Origin: Squalus acanthias
Lineage: Eukaryota
DNA: 64,000 nucleotides
Assembly: GCA_030390025.1 (NCBI GenBank)
Contig: CM059430.1
Location: 61,504,001 to 61,568,000 of the forward strand
Direction of reading: 5' to 3'
Shown here: positions 1-14,540 of the stretch, in pieces
Numbering within the stretch: position 1 is the first letter of the stretch
How the letters are laid out: every line of letters starts with the position of its first letter
Notes under the pieces: model-generated
Told to the model about the DNA's origin: nothing
What the model saw: the letters and a program-made list of their open reading frames with translations, nothing else
Databases searched by the model: none
Made by a program: the position numbers and the translations under genes

Positions 1-519
1 CATTACTGAAAGGGCTTGTATTTAAAAAAAATTAAACAAACGCATAGTTGCCCAAATGCATCACCTTGTACAGCTATCTTGTGGGTTACTCTCTCCATGC
101 CCTAAAAATAATATACAGCATAGAAACAGGCCATTTAGCCCAACTAGTCTGTGCTGGTGTTTATACTCCACACGAGTCTCCTCCCATTCCAGCGACCTCA
201 TCTCAGCTTTTCAGTATATCTTTCTATTCTCTTTGCTCTCATGTACTTGTCACGTTTCCTTCTGAAAGCATCTAAGCTATTTGCGTCAACCACTTCCGTG
301 CTAGCCAGTTCCACATACTAACCACTCTCTGAGTAAATACATTTCACCTTATTTCTGTATTGTATTTATTAGTAACTATTTTGTATTGATGGCCCCTAGA
401 TTTGGATTCTCCCACAAGTGTAAACATTCATTCCACATATACCCTGTCCAACTTATTCATAACTAAAAAAATACCTCTGTCAGATCTCCACTAAGTGTTA
501 TACTTTCCGACGAAAAAGC

Positions 520-2290
520 CCTAACCTCCGACAACCACAACCATCTTCCTTTGTATGACTCCAGCCAGTGAAGTGTTTGCCCCCCATCCCCATTGACTTC
601 AATTTTATTAAGGCTCTTTGGTGCCGCAATCGGGCAAATGCAGCCTTGATGTCAATGACATTCACTCTCACCTCACCTCTGAAATTCAGCTATTTTGTCC
701 AGGATTGGACAAAGGCTGTTTTGAGGTCTGGAGCTATGTGTTCCTGGCAGGATCCAAACTGAGGATCGGTGAGCAGGTTATTTGTGAGTAAGTGCAACTT
801 GGCAGCACTGCCGACGATACCTTACATCACTATGCTAATGATTGCGAGTAGGCTGATGAGGCATTAAATGCGCCGATTGAATCTGTCCAGCTTTTTGTGG
901 GCAGGACATACCTGGGCAATTCTCCACATTATTGGGTAGCTGTCAATGCTGTAGCTGTACTGGAACAGCTTGGCCAGAGGCGCAGCTGATTCTGGAGCAC
1001 AAGTTTTCAGCACTACAACCAGGATGTTGCAGGGACCCATAGCCAGTGCTGCCACCACTGCACTCAGCCATTTCTTGATATCACGTGGAGTGAGTCGAAT
1101 TGGCTGAAGACTGACACTTGTGATGGTGGGAATCTCAGGAGGAGGCAGAGATGGATCTTCAACTGGGAACTTCTGGCTGAAGATGGTTGCCAATGCTCCG
1201 CCATCGTTGAGGCTGATGATGTTCATGGAGGCATCTCCTCCTGTGAGTTGTTTAATTGTCCACCACCATTCACGACTGGGTGTGGCAGGACTTCAGAGAT
1301 TTGACCTGATCTGGTGGTTGTGGGATCGCTTTGCTCTGTCTATCGCATGCTGCTTCTGCTGTTTAGAATGTTGTAGCTTCCCCAGGTTGGCACCTCATTT
1401 TTAGGTATGCATAGTACTGCTCCTGGCATGCCTACAGTACTCCTTGAAACAGGGGTGGTGGCCTGGCTTGATGGTAATATTAGAGTGCGGGATATGCTGG
1501 ACCATGAAGTTACAGATTGTGGTGGAATACTATTCTGGTGCTGCGTATGGATGCCAGTTTTGAGCTGTTCTGATATAATTTTGCACAACACGTTACCTCA
1601 ATGTGAAGACGGGATTTTGTTGGTTACTCCTACCAATGTCATGGTGAATTTTTTCAAGTTTTACCTGGTCAAGTAGGATTTTCCCTCGTGTTGATTCTCT
1701 CACCAGTTGCCACAATCCCAATCAGCCAGCTCGGCCAGTAGTGGTGCTACCGGGCCACTCTTGGTGATTGAAGTCCCCTAGCAGTACATTCTGTGCCCTT
1801 AGTGATTCTTCCAAGTGGTGTTCAACATTCATCAGCTGAGGGCGGGAATCAGCAGAAGGTTTCCATGCCATGCGGAATCAATGTTGAGGAATGCCACTCC
1901 CTTCAACTGGTGGTTCTGTCCTGCCAGTGGGACAGGCCATACCTAGAGACTTTGGCTGATAGGTCAGTGAAGTCGGTAGGACAGCTCTCTCAATTTTGGC
2001 ACAAGTCCCCAGATGTTAGTGAGAAGGACTTTGCAGGGTTGATTGGGCTGGGTGTGCCTTGCTCATGTCTGAATCCAATGTCGAGTAGTCCTGCTGCGTT
2101 ATTCTTATTATGATTTTTTGTAGCAGTGTGATACAACTGAGTGGCTTGCTAGGCGGTTTCTGAGTGCATTTAAGAGTTAACTACATTCTATATTCCCCGG
2201 CACATGGGTCCAGAGTCACATGTGGACCAGACAGGGGAAAAACAACAGGTTTCCTTCTCTAGAGTACAGTAGTGAACCAGTTGAGTTTTT
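520..2290 (-). mobile_element. Degraded non-LTR retrotransposon, second CR1/L2-group family (RT fragments)
   Basis: ORF 864-1226 (LKTCAPESAAPLAKLFQYSY...WRIAQVCPAHKK) is RT-proximal LINE sequence; same family as 54980-56360 and 60010-61660. Confidence 0.75.
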
Positions 2291-4649
2291 ACAACAATCC
2301 GATAGCTTCATAGAATCATAGAATGGTTACAGCACAGAAGGAGGCCATTCGGCCCGTCGAGCCCGTGCCAGCTCTCTGCAAGAGCATTTCAGCTAGTCCC
2401 ACTCCCCCGCCCTTTCCCCATAGCCCTGCAAATGTTTTTCTTTCAGGTACTTATCCAATTCCCTTATGAAAGCCACGATTGAGTCTGCCTCGATTAACCT
2501 TTCAGGCAGTGCAATCCAGATCCGAACCACTCGCTGTGTAAAAAAGATTTTCCTCATGTCACCGTTGATTCTTTTGCCAATCACCTTAAATCTGTGTCCT
2601 CCGGTTCTCGACCCTTCTGCCAATGGGAACAGTTTCTCTCTATCTACACTGTCTAAACCCCTCATGATTTTGAATACTTCTATCAAATCTCCCCTCAACC
2701 TTTTCTGCTCTAAGGAGAACAACCCCAGCTTCTCTAGTCTATCCACGTAACCGAAGTACATCATCCCTGGAATCATTCTCGGAAATGTTTTCTGCGCCCT
2801 CTTCACATCCTTCCTAAAGTGCAGTGCCCAGAGGTGGACACAATACTCCAGTTGAGGCCGAACCAGTGTTTTATAAAGGTTCATCATAACTTCCTTGCTT
2901 TTATACCCTATGCCTCTATTTATGAAGCCAAGTATCCCATATGTTTTTTAAACCGATTTTTCAACCTGCCCTGCCACCATCAACGATTTGTGCACATATA
3001 CCCCCAGGTCTCTCTGTTCATGCACCCACTTTAGGATTGTACCCTTTAGTTTATATTGTCTTTCCTCATTCTTCCCAACAAAATGTATCACTTCGCAATT
3101 TTCTACATTAAATTTCATCTGCCACGTGTCCGCCCATTTCACCAGCCTGTCTATGTCTTCTTGAAATCTATCAATGTCCTCCTCACTATTCACTATACTT
3201 TCAAGTTTTGTGTCATCTGCAAATTTTGAAATTCTGCTCTGTACTCCCAAGTCCAAGTCATTAATATATATCAAGAAAAGCAGTGCCCTTGTACCGACCC
3301 CTGGGGAACACCACTGTATACCTTCGACCATTCTGAAAAACAATCGTTCACCACTACTCTCTGTTTTCTGTCACCTAGCCAATTTCGTATCGATGCTGCC
3401 ACTGTCACTTTTGTCCATGGGCTTCAACTTTGCTGGCAAGCCTATTATATGGTACTTTATCAAATGCCTTTTGGAAGTCCATGTACACCACGTCAATCGC
3501 GTTACCCTCAGCAACCCTCTCTGTTACCTCATCAAAAAACTCGATCAAGTTAATTAAACACGATTTGCATTTAACCAATCCGTGCTGGCATTCCTTAATT
3601 AATCCATAATTGTCCAAGTGACTGTTAACTTTGTCCCTGATTATCGTTTCTAAAAACCTTACCCGCTACCGAGGTTAAATTGACTGGCCTGTAATTGCTG
3701 GGTTCATCCTTACACCATATTTTGAACAAGGGTGTAACATTGCAATTCTTCAGTCCTCTGGCCCCACCACCGTATCTAAGGAGGAATGGAAGATTATGGC
3801 CAGTCCCTCCGCAATTTCCACCTTTACTTCACTCAGCATCCTAGGATGCATCCCATCCCGACTTATCAATTTTAAGTACAGACAGCCTTTCTAGTGCCTC
3901 CACTTCATCATTTTTTAAAATCTCATCTGTTATCTCCACTACCTCCTCTTCCACTATGACTTTGGCAGCATCTTCTTCCTTGGTGAAGACCGATGCAAAG
4001 TACTCATTTAATACCTCAGCCACGTCCTCTGGCTCCCTGCACAGGTCTCCTTTTTGGTCCCTAATTTGCCCCACCACTCCTCTTTCTACCCATTTCTATT
4101 TATATGCCTATAGAAAACTTTTGAATTCCCTTTTATGTTAGCTGCCAATCTATTCTCATACTCTCTCCTTTTATTCTCAACCTGGCATCTGTCGTATGAG
4201 TGCTTTTTCTGCTTCATCTTACTCTCTATCTCCTTCATCATCGAGGGAGCTCTGGTTTAGTTGTCTTACCTTTCCCCCTCGTGGGAATGTGCCTCGACTG
4301 TGCTAGAACCATCTCCTCTTTAAAGGCAGCCCATTGTTCAATTACAGTTTTGCCTGCCAATCTTTGATTCCAATTTACCCGGGCCAGATCCATTCTCAAC
4401 ACACTGAAATTGGCCCTACTCCAATTAAGTGCTTTTACTCTCGATTGTTCACTAAATTTCCCCCAACTGACTCTTGCTCTGCTCGACCCATCTCATTCCC
4501 CAGAACCAGATCCAGGAATGCCTCCTTCCTCGTTGGGCCAGAAACGTACTGATCAAGAAAGATCTCCTCAACACACTTCAGAAAATCTTCCCCATCTCTG
4601 CCCTTTACACTATTACGATCCAGTCTTTATTAGGATTATTGAATTCCCC

Positions 4650-7600
4650 CAACAACTTGAGAGTTTGGTATGTGTGGGAGTTTAAAGGGTTAATCTCTTT
4701 TAAAATCTAGTGTTAATTGCTAGTAGCTCTTAAGTAAGATCAACTGTTTAAGTTAAATTTCAAACTTTACATTTTTAAGTTTCTTTCAGGCTTAAGCAGA
4801 GACAAACAAGCAAGCTCTCCTGCTGGAGAGCTGCTGTAGTCAGTTAATTAGCTAGCTAGATTAAACTGGTTCCTGAAACAATACTGGCGCGGTGCTGACT
4901 CACCTGAGGGACCTGTGAGTGCAACCAGCACTAGGTGCAACGGGCACAGAGCAAACAACTTGGAAGTTTGGTAAGTGTGTGAGTTCGGTGAAGTGGGGGA
5001 AGGAGGTGATGCTTTGCCTTGCTTTTCCTAACTTCTCCTGCAGAGCGGCGGCAGACCTGAGCGGGAGTAAACCGAGGCCCGAGAGCGGGGATAAAAGCCA
5101 CAGCAGACCTGCAACAACAAGAGAAAACTGCAGTGTGACTTCACAGGTAAGGCAGGTAAATGATTGGTAGTGACTGTGGGCTTAGTTTTAAGTTAACATA
5201 TAGCATAAACCTAAATTTTGAAACCTAAACTTAATTTAATTAATTCAATAAACTTGACGATGTAAATAATTTGATTAACACTAAACTAATTAATAAAATA
5301 AATAAAATAATGGGAGAACAGGAAATGTGGTGCTGCTGCAATATGTGCGAGCTTGTGGACATTTTTGTCCAGGGTAAGTACATCTGCGGTAAGTGTCTGC
5401 GGCTTGAGTAACATCAGCTCCGAGTTGAGGAGCTGGAATCCGAGCTGTAAGACATTGCAAGACATCAGGGAGGGAGAAAGTAACCTGGACCTTTTGCTCG
5501 AGGAGGCAGCCACATCCCTTAGATTAAATACTTTAGAATGAACACGTGGTCAGGGATTGGATGGTGTGATTATGAGTGAGGCAGGAACGGGGTTGTATTG
5601 CAGGAGCCTCAGTCCCTGCACTTGTCCAATAGATTCGGGGTTCTTGCAACCCTTGTGGACAACTGCGGGGACTGTGGGGAAGACGAGCAAACTGACCATG
5701 GCACCGTGCAACAGGAAGCCGTTCAAGTGTTGCGAGTAAAAAGGAAGGTGGTTGTAGTAGGCGACAGTATAGTCAGGGGAATAGACACTGTTCTCTGCAG
5801 CCAGGAGCATGAGTCCCGAAGGCTATGTTGCCTATATAGTTGGTGCCAGGGTAAAGGACATCTCTTCCGGGCAGGAGAAGAACTTGGAGTGGGAAGGGGA
5901 GGATGCAGTTGTCGTGGTCCACGTAGGTACCAACGACATAGGTAGGACTCAGAAAAAGGTACTGCTGAGAGAGTTTGAGCAGCTAGGGACTAAATTAAAA
6001 AGCAGAACCACAAGGGTAATAACCTCTGGATTATTACCTGAGCCACGAGCAAATTGGCACAGGGTAAATAGGATTAGCGAGATGAATGCGTGGCCCAAAA
6101 ATTGGTGTGGGAGAAGTGGGTTTTGATGCATGGGGCTCTGGCACCAGTACTGGGGAAAGAGAGAGCTGTTCCATTGGGATGGACTACACTTGAAGCATGC
6201 TGGGACCAGGGTTCTAGCGAATCGAGTAACTAAGGAGGCAGATAGGGCTTTAAACTAAATAAGGGTGCGGGGGAGCATCCCGGTGGAGAGAATGCTAAAG
6301 AGAAAAGACAAGGAACCAGTGCAGGAAAGTGATTGGGGTAAGGATAACCAGATTATGTCAGGGAGGGATAGAGCGTACAAACAAAAGACTGCAGTAACAG
6401 ATAGGTCTGGGTAAGAAAAATGGTAATAAGACAAATAGGGCCATAGTACAAAAAAATGTTAAGATGTCTAAAAATGTTAAAAAGACAAATCAAAAGGCAC
6501 TGTATCTGAATGCACGAAACATTCATAATAAGGTAGATGAATTAACAGTGCAAATAGATGTAAACGGATACAATATAATTGCGATTACGGAGACATGGCT
6601 GTAGGGTGACCAAGGCTGGGCGCTGAGTATCCAAGGATATTCGATATTTAGGAAGGACAGGCAAAAAGGAAAAGGAGGTGGGTGGCGTTGTTAGTAAAGG
6701 ATGTAATCAGAGCAATAGTGAGAAAGGATATTGGCTCAGAAAATAAAGATGTAGAATCAGTCTGGGTGGAGCTAAGACGCACCAAGGGGCAGAAAACATT
6801 GGTGGGAGTTGTCTATAGGCCTCCAAACAGTAGTGGTAATGTAGGGGACGGCATCAAACAGGAAATTAAAGATGCATGTAACAAGGGTACTACAGTAATC
6901 ATGGGTGATTTCAATCTACATATAGAGTGTCCAAACCAAACAAGCAATAATACTGTGGAAGATGAACGAGATGTTTTTTCAGACCAGTACGTTGAGGAGC
7001 CAACTAGGGAACACGCTATCCTAGATTGGGCATTGTGCAATGAGAACGGGTTAATTAATATTCTTGCTGTGCGGGGTCCTTTAGGGAGGAGTGCCATAAC
7101 ATAAAATAATTCTTCATTAAGATGGAAAGTAAAGTAGTCCAATCCGAAACTAGGGTCCTAAATCTAAACAAAGGCAACTACGAAGGTATGAGGAGTGAAT
7201 TGGCTATGATAGATTGGGGAGCATTATTAAAAGTCATGACGGAGGATAGGCAATGGCTAACATTTGAGGAATGAATGCATGAATTGCAACAATTATACAT
7301 TCGTTTCTGGCGCAAAAGCAGAAAATGAAAAGCGGCTCAACCATGGCTAACAAAAGAAATTAAGAATAGTATTAGATCGAAAGAGGAGTCATATAACGTT
7401 GCCAGAAAACCTAGCAAGCCTGAGGATTGGGAGCAGTTTAGAATTCAGCAAAAAAGATCAAGAGATTGATTAAGAGGGGAAAATAGAGTATGAGAGTAAA
7501 CTTGCAAGGATCATAAAAGCAGACTGTAAAAGCTTCTACAAATATGTAAAAAGAAAAAGATTAGTGAAGACAAATGTTGGTCTCTTACAGTCAGAAACGG

Positions 7601-9313
7601 GAGAATTTATAATGGGGAGAAGGAAATGGTAGTGCAATTAAACAAATACTTAAGCTCTGTCTTCACGGAAGAGGACACCAATAACGTCCCAGAAATGCTA
7701 CGGAACCAAGGGTCTAGTGAGAAGGAGGAATGAAAGGAAATTAGTATTAGTAAAAAAATAGTGCTGGAGAAATTAAAGGAACTGAAAGCCGATAAATCCC
7801 CAGCACCTGATAATCTGCACCCCAGAGTACTAAAAGTGATTAAAAATGTAACCCCACTTTTTAAAAAAAGAGGGAGAGAGAAAACAGGGAACTACAGACC
7901 GGTTAGCCTAATATCAGTACTAGGGAAATGCTAGAGTCTATTATAAAGGATGTGATAACAGGACACGTATGAAATATCAACGGGATTAGACAAAGTCAAC
8001 ATGGATTTATGAAAGGGAAATCGTGTTTGACAAACCTACTGGAATTTTTTGAGGATGTAACTGTTAGAACAGATAAGGGAGAATCAGTTGATGTGGTGTA
8101 TTTGGATTTTCAGAAGGCCTTTGATAAAGTCCCACATAAGAGGTAAGTGTGCAAAGTTAAAGCACATGGGATTGGGGGTAATATACTGACATGGATTGAA
8201 AATTGGTTAACAGACAGGAAACAGAGAGTAGGAATAAATGGGTCTTTTACGGGGTGGCAGGCGGTGACTAGTGGGGTACCGCAGGGATCAGTGCTTGGGC
8301 CCCGGCTATTAACAATATATATCAATGGTTTGGATGGGGCACAAAATGTAATATTTCCAAGTTTGCTGATGACACGAAACTAGGTGGGATTGTGAGATGT
8401 GAGGAGGATGCAAAGAAGCTTCAAGGCGATTTAGACAAGTTGAGTGAGTGGGCAAATACATGGCAGATGCAATATAACGTGGATAAATCTGAAGATATCC
8501 TCTTCGGTTGGAAAAAAACAGAAAGGCAGAGTATTATTTAAATGGTGATACATTGGGAAATGTTGATGTACAAAGGGACCTGGGTGTCCTTGTACGCCGG
8601 TCACTGAAAGTAAACATGCAGGTGCAGCAAGTTGTTAGGAAGGAAAATGGTATGTTGGCCTTTCTTGCAAGAGGATTTGCGTAGAGGAGCAAGGATGTCT
8701 TACTACAGTTGTACAGGGCCTTGGCGAGACCACACCTGGAGTACTGTGTGCAATTTTGGTCTCCTTACCAAAGAAAGACTATACGTACCATAGAGGGAGT
8801 GCAGCGAAATTTCACCGGACTAATTCCTGGAATGGCAGGACTGTCGTATGAGGAGAGATTCGGTCGACTAGGCCTGTATTCAATAGAGTTTAGAAGAATG
8901 AGAGGGGATCTCATTGAAACGTATAACATTCTGACAGGGCTAGACAGACTGGATGCAGGGAGGATGTTTCCCCTGGCTGGGGGGGTGGGGGGCGGGGGAT
9001 CTAGAACGAGGCGTCACAATCTCAGGATACGGATTGGGACATTTAGGACTGAGATGAGCAGAAATTTCTTCACTCAGATGGTGGTGAACCTATGGAATTC
9101 TCTACCACAGAAGGCTGTGGAGGCCAAGTCACTGAATAAATTTAAGAAGGAGATAGATACATTTCTAGACACAAAAGGCATCAAGGGGTATGGGGAGAGA
9201 GGGGATATTGGTATCGAGATAGAGGATCAGCCATGATCATATTGAATGGCGGAGCAGGCTCGAAGACTGAATGGCCTACTCCTGCTTCTATTTTTCAATG
9301 TCTATGTTTCTAT
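4650..9313 (+). mobile_element. CR1 LINE, near full length and inactive: 5'UTR, ORF1 (SGNH esterase), ORF2 (APE+RT)
   Basis: VVVGDSIVRG and VVVHVGTNDI (ORF1); VGVVYRPPN and MGDFN (APE); GVPQGSVLGP (RT); tail tctatgtttctat; multiple stops and frameshifts. Confidence 0.92.
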
Positions 9314-10839
9314 TACTCCTCTATAGTTCTTGCACATCTGTGTAATTTCCCTGCAAATTTGTTCCTCTATATCTTTCCCACTAATTGGTAGCCTATAAAA
9401 TACATCAAGTATTGCAATGGCACCTCTATTACTTCTTAATTCTAACCAAATAGATTCTGTCCTTCACCCCTCCAGGACATCCTCTGTCTCCAGCACTGTA
9501 ACATTCTCCTTAACCAAAACTGCCACCCACCTGCTTTCTTTCCTTCCTTATCTTTCCTGAACACCTTATATCCATGAATATTTAAAAACCAATCGTGCCC
9601 TTTTTTGAACCAGGTCTCCATTATCGCCACAACATCATATTCCCATGTGGCTATTTTCACCTGCAGCTCACCAACTTTATTTACCATGCTTTGTGCGTTT
9701 ACACACATGCACTGTAAACCTGTCTTAGATCTTCTTGTATTGTCTCTTATTCTGACCCCACCTAATACATTGCTATTTCTTATTCTAGTGCCATTTGTCT
9801 CTCCCCATCCTTTGTGCAGTTTGTTTCTCCTTTCTAATGCTACATCCTTGTACCCAGCCCTCTGCCAAATTAGTTTAATCCCTCCCCAACAGCGCTAGAC
9901 CCCACCCCACCCCCGCGAGGACATTGGTTCTGGCTCTGTTGAGATGCAACTCGTCCGGCCTGTACAGATCCCACCTCCCCCAGAACCAGTCCCAATGTCT
10001 CAGTAATTTGAAGCCTTCCCTCCTGCACCATCTCTCCAGCCAGGCATTCATCTGCTCTATCCTCCTATTTCTATACTCACTAGCTCGTGGCACAGGGAGT
10101 AATCCAGAGATTACTACTTCTGAGGTCCTGATCTTTAATCTCTTTCCTAGCTCCCTAAAATCTGCCTGCAGGACCTTCACCCGTTTTTTCTACCTATGTC
10201 CACGAGCTCTGGCTGTTCACCCTCCCCTCTCAGAATGTTCTGCAGCCGCTCAGTGACATCATTGACCATGGCACCAGGGAGGCAACATACCATCATGGAA
10301 TCACGTCTGTGGCTGCACAAACGCCTGTTTGTTCCCCTAACTATCGAATCCATGACCACTATTGCCTTCCCAATTTTTCTCTCCCCCTGCCCTGTACAGC
10401 TGAGCCACCCGTGGTGCCGTGGATTTGGCTCTGGCTGTACTCCCCAGAGGAACCATCACCCTCACCAGGAAAGCGAGATGCACTCATGGGATGCCTGAGC
10501 TACCTGCCTGGTCCTCCTTGTCTGTCTGACGGTCACCAGTCCCTATCTGCCTGCACACTCTTAAGCTGCAGGGTGACCACCTCCTGAAACGTGCTATCCA
10601 CCTAGCTCTCAGCCTCAAGTATGCACCGCAGTGAGGCCAGCTGCAGCTCAAGCTCCAAAACCTGGAGCTTGAGCTCCTCGAGCTGACGACACTTCCTGCA
10701 AATGTGATTGTCCAGGACATGGGAAGCATCCTGGATTTCCCACATGACACAGGATGTTCATTCCACGGGACTGAGGTGCCCTGCCATGCCTCTATTTATT
10801 CAACTATTAATTAACTTAGAGAAATAAACTTAAGACCTA

Positions 10840-11577
10840 GGGCTGGATATAAGCCTCCTTCACGCTTCCCGTTATCGCCTCCGGGTAGTGATAACGGGGC
10901 ACTAACGACTTACCGACTGGGCGGGGCAAAATAAACTACTCCTGCGAAATTAAATCAGGGAATAGCACCAGCGGTAAAATTTATCGCCTCGATCTGCTCT
11001 GCCCTGGAGATCGTGATGTTATCCGGTCTGCGTTGCCCCGTTACTGCCCAAACTGATCCCAAATTCACTTCCGCCCCCTGCAGCTTTGCCGGGCTTCAGC
11101 AACGGCAGCTGCAGGGGCCGTTGTGACCTCGGCTGGCTGCTTGGGGAATGGCAATTAAAGGAATTGGTGGTCAGGTAGGCCAAAAAAAAATTCTCACCCC
11201 TTAGTGCTGTTTTCTAAATTTTTAATTGCTGCAATTGATCAGCCTTGCACTCTCTTAGAGTGCTTGGGGTTGCTCCTCCCGGATCGCGCGTGCCATCGCC
11301 GACCCATCCCCAGCCTTACCTTTAACTGCTTTTAAGGGAGAGAAGGAGTCTACGCTTCCGGCAGCATTGCACGGAACATTGGTCAGCGCACTGCCGATAC
11401 TGACCCACTCACTCCCTTCCACTAAGGGAAGTGGTAGTTCTAAATTTAGTGCTCCACTTCCTTCTTGGAGCGCTACAACTGAATTTCGCGGGAGCCTTTC
11501 ATCACTTACGCCTGATGATAATATTTCCGCTTCTGAAGTTTTAGCGCCCCAAACGGGGCTATAATGAATTTCTCCCC
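10840..11577. mobile_element. Non-autonomous DNA element (Harbinger-type MITE), degenerate TIRs
   Basis: Starts GGGCTGGAT, ends AATTTCTCCCC; GC/CpG-rich insert in a CR1 5' region; TSD not cleanly matched. Confidence 0.55.
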
Positions 11578-11889
11578 TGAATAGTCTTAAAAGTCGGGCC
11601 GACCTTTATTTCCTGCCGCTTCTCTCACTCTCTTATTTAAAGTCTTTATTCACGCAGTTAAGTTAGAGACTAAAATGCTAATACTCACCCACCAATCACC
11701 TACCTGCTGCCCTGTGACGTCACTCCATGATTTTTACCTTTATTGTCTATGAATTTATCCGATCGCTGACTATTCGTGTTAACTTTATTCTTTCATTTAG
11801 TTTGTCCTTTACTCTCTTTTCTTGATTCTTTTATTGTTAGGTTTCTCTAATTTCTCGCAGTCCCCCCCCCCTCCATATTATTATTTTAA

Positions 11890-13380
11890 AATCGTATTTA
11901 CAGTCCTAGTTATCCTTTCCAGGAGGACATTGGACCCAAGCTGGTTCAGGTGCAGCCCGTCCCAATGATGCAGCTCCTTCCTGCTCCAGTACTGCTGCCA
12001 GTGTCCCATGAAATGGAACCCATCCTTCCCACACCACTCCTATAGCTAAGTATTGACTTTTCTATTCTGTTTGTCTCTATAGCAATTTCCACGTGGCTCA
12101 GGTAATAAACCGAACAAACATAAAAAACCGGACCTCACACGTAATAATCCCGAGATTATTACCCATGAAGTCCTGCTTTTCAAGTTAGCTCCTAACTCCT
12201 GATACTCTCTTAGCAGGATCTTTCCCCTAATCTTTCCTTTATTAGCCAAGGCATGGAATATAAGAGCCGGGAAGTTATGCCACAGCTAGAGTACTGCGTA
12301 CAGTTCTGGTCACCAGATTACAGGAAGGATGTGATTGATCTAGAGAGGGTACAGAAGAGATTTACGAGGATCTTACCAGAACTGGAGAATTTCATCTATG
12401 AAGAGAGATTGGATAGACTGGTTTTTTTTCTTTGGAACCGAGGAGGCTGATGGGCGACTTGATTGAGTTGTATAAAATTATGAGGAGCCTAGATAGAGTG
12501 GATAGGAAGGACCTATTTCCTTTAGCAGAGAGATCAATAACCAGGGGGCATAGATTTAAAATAATTGGTAGAAGGATTACAGGGGAGTTGAGGAGAAACC
12601 TTTTCACTCAGAGGGTGGTGGGGGTCTGCAACTCACTGCCTGAAAGTGTGATTGAGGCAGGAACCCTAATCACATTTGAAAAGTACTTGGATATGCACTT
12701 GAAATGCCAGAACCTACAGGGCTACGGACAAGAGCTGGAAAGTAGGATTAGGCTGGACAGCTCCTTTTCATCTGGCACAGACACAATGGTCCGAATAGCC
12801 TCCTTCTGTGCCGTAAATATCTATGATTCTCTGCTGTTGGTTCCGACATGGAGCACAATAATGAGATCCTCTTCTCCCCTTCCAGATTATTTACTATCCA
12901 TTTCGAGATTTCCCTTACTCTATCATCGGTAGGCAACATACCCTTCGGGAATCTTGATCCCTGACTGCTAAGAATACTACACATCCACCTAATTATAGAA
13001 TCCCCCGTAACTTCAACCTTTCTATTCTGCACCTCCTCCATTGGAGAAGCTTCTGCTCCATAATGTCTTGTCCGGCATTCTGGCTGTCCTTCCCACAGTC
13101 TTTCACCTTATCTACACAGGTATCAACTACTTTGTACTGATTGGATAATTCTGATGGACCTCCTTCACTACCTCTCCTACGTTGCTCTTACCCAATTGAC
13201 TGACCGTCAAACTCTCCCCTTCCTGTACCTATTCTTTCCTCTGGTGTGTAACTGTATTCTGGTGTAAATTATGCAGAATTTCCCCCTCCTCCCTTATGTG
13301 TCGGAGTGTTTCCAGCTCACACTCCTGCTCAATGACTCTGAGCCAGAGTGTCTCGAAGCAGAGGCATTTCTTGCAGATTT
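11890..13380 (-). mobile_element. CR1 ORF1 fragment with a nested plus-strand CR1 3' fragment (about 12240-12830)
   Basis: TGDSIIR and VIISGLL on the minus strand; PQLEYCVQFWSP and GDLIELYKIM on the plus strand. Confidence 0.8.
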
Positions 13381-14540
13381 TTTAATTCGTTTCTGAGATG
13401 TGGGCGACGCTGACAAGGTCAGCAGTTATCACGCATACCTAATTGCCCTTGAGAAGGTGGTGGTGAGCCGCCTTCTTGAACTGTTGCATTCCGTGTGGTG
13501 AAGGTACTCCCACATGGCTGTTTGGGAGCGAGTTCCAGGATTTTGACCCAGCAACGATGAAGGAATAGCGATATATTTCCAAGTCAGGATGGTGTGTAAC
13601 TTGGAGGGGAACTTGCAGGAGATGGTGTTCCCATGAGCCTGCTGCTCCTGTCCTTCTAAGTGGCAGAGGTCACGGGTTTGGGAGATGCTGTCGAAGAAGC
13701 CTTGGCGAGTTGCTGCATTGCATCTTGTAGATGGTATACATTGCAACCATGGAGAACCGGTAGTGGAGGGTGTGAATGTTTAATGTGGTGACAATCAAGT
13801 GGGATGCTTTGTCCTGGATTGTGTCGAGCTTGTTAAGTGTTGCTGGAACTGCACTAATGCAGGCAAGTGGAAAGTATTCCATCACACTCCTGACTTGTGC
13901 CTTGTAGATAGTGGAACGGCTTTGAGGAGTCAGGAGGAGAGACAGAATACCCAGCCTCTGATCTGCTCTCGTAGCCACAGTATGTATGTGGCTGGTCCAG
14001 TTAAGTTTCTCGTCAATGGTGATCCACAGGATTTTGATGGTGGCGAACTCGGCGATGGTAATGCCATTGAACGTCAAGGGTGGGGGGTGGTTAGGCGCTC
14101 TTTTGTTGGAGATAGTCATTGCCTGGCACTTGTGTGGCGTAAATGTTGCTTGTCACGTATCAGGCCAAGCCTGAATGTTGCCTATGCATGCGGGCATGGA
14201 CTGTTTCATTATGTGAGGATTTGCGAATGGAACTGAATACTGTGCAATCATCAGTGAACGTCCCCACTTCTGCCCTTATGATGGAGGGAAGGTCATTGAT
14301 GAAGAAGCTGAAGCTGGTTGGGCCTAGGACACTGCCCTGCGGAAGTCTTTAAGCGATATCCTGCGGCTGTGATGATTGCCCTCCAACAACCACAACCATG
14401 TTCCTTTGTGCTAGGCATGCCTCCAGCCAATGGAGAGTTTCCCCCTGATTCCCATTTATTCAATTTTACTGGGCTCCATGATGCCACACTCGGTCAAATG
14501 CTGCCTTGATGTCAAGGGCAATTACTCTCACCTCACTGTG
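13380..14540 (-). mobile_element. Second-family CR1/L2-group LINE, 3' part
   Basis: TIYKAQVRSVMEY...LNKLDTIQDKA RT C-terminal region. Confidence 0.8.

Larger units (their letters stand above)
2310..11740 (-). mobile_element. CR1 (HER1-like) LINE, near full length, split by a nested plus-strand CR1 (4650-9313) and a MITE
   Basis: 3' tail repeat atagaatcatagaa at 2310; RT (KFADDTK, LVRPQLEYC) at 2393-4100; APE and ORF1 esterase resume at 9315-10750; sequence at 4650 (ttccccc) joins 9311 (tattactcctctatag). Confidence 0.85.
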
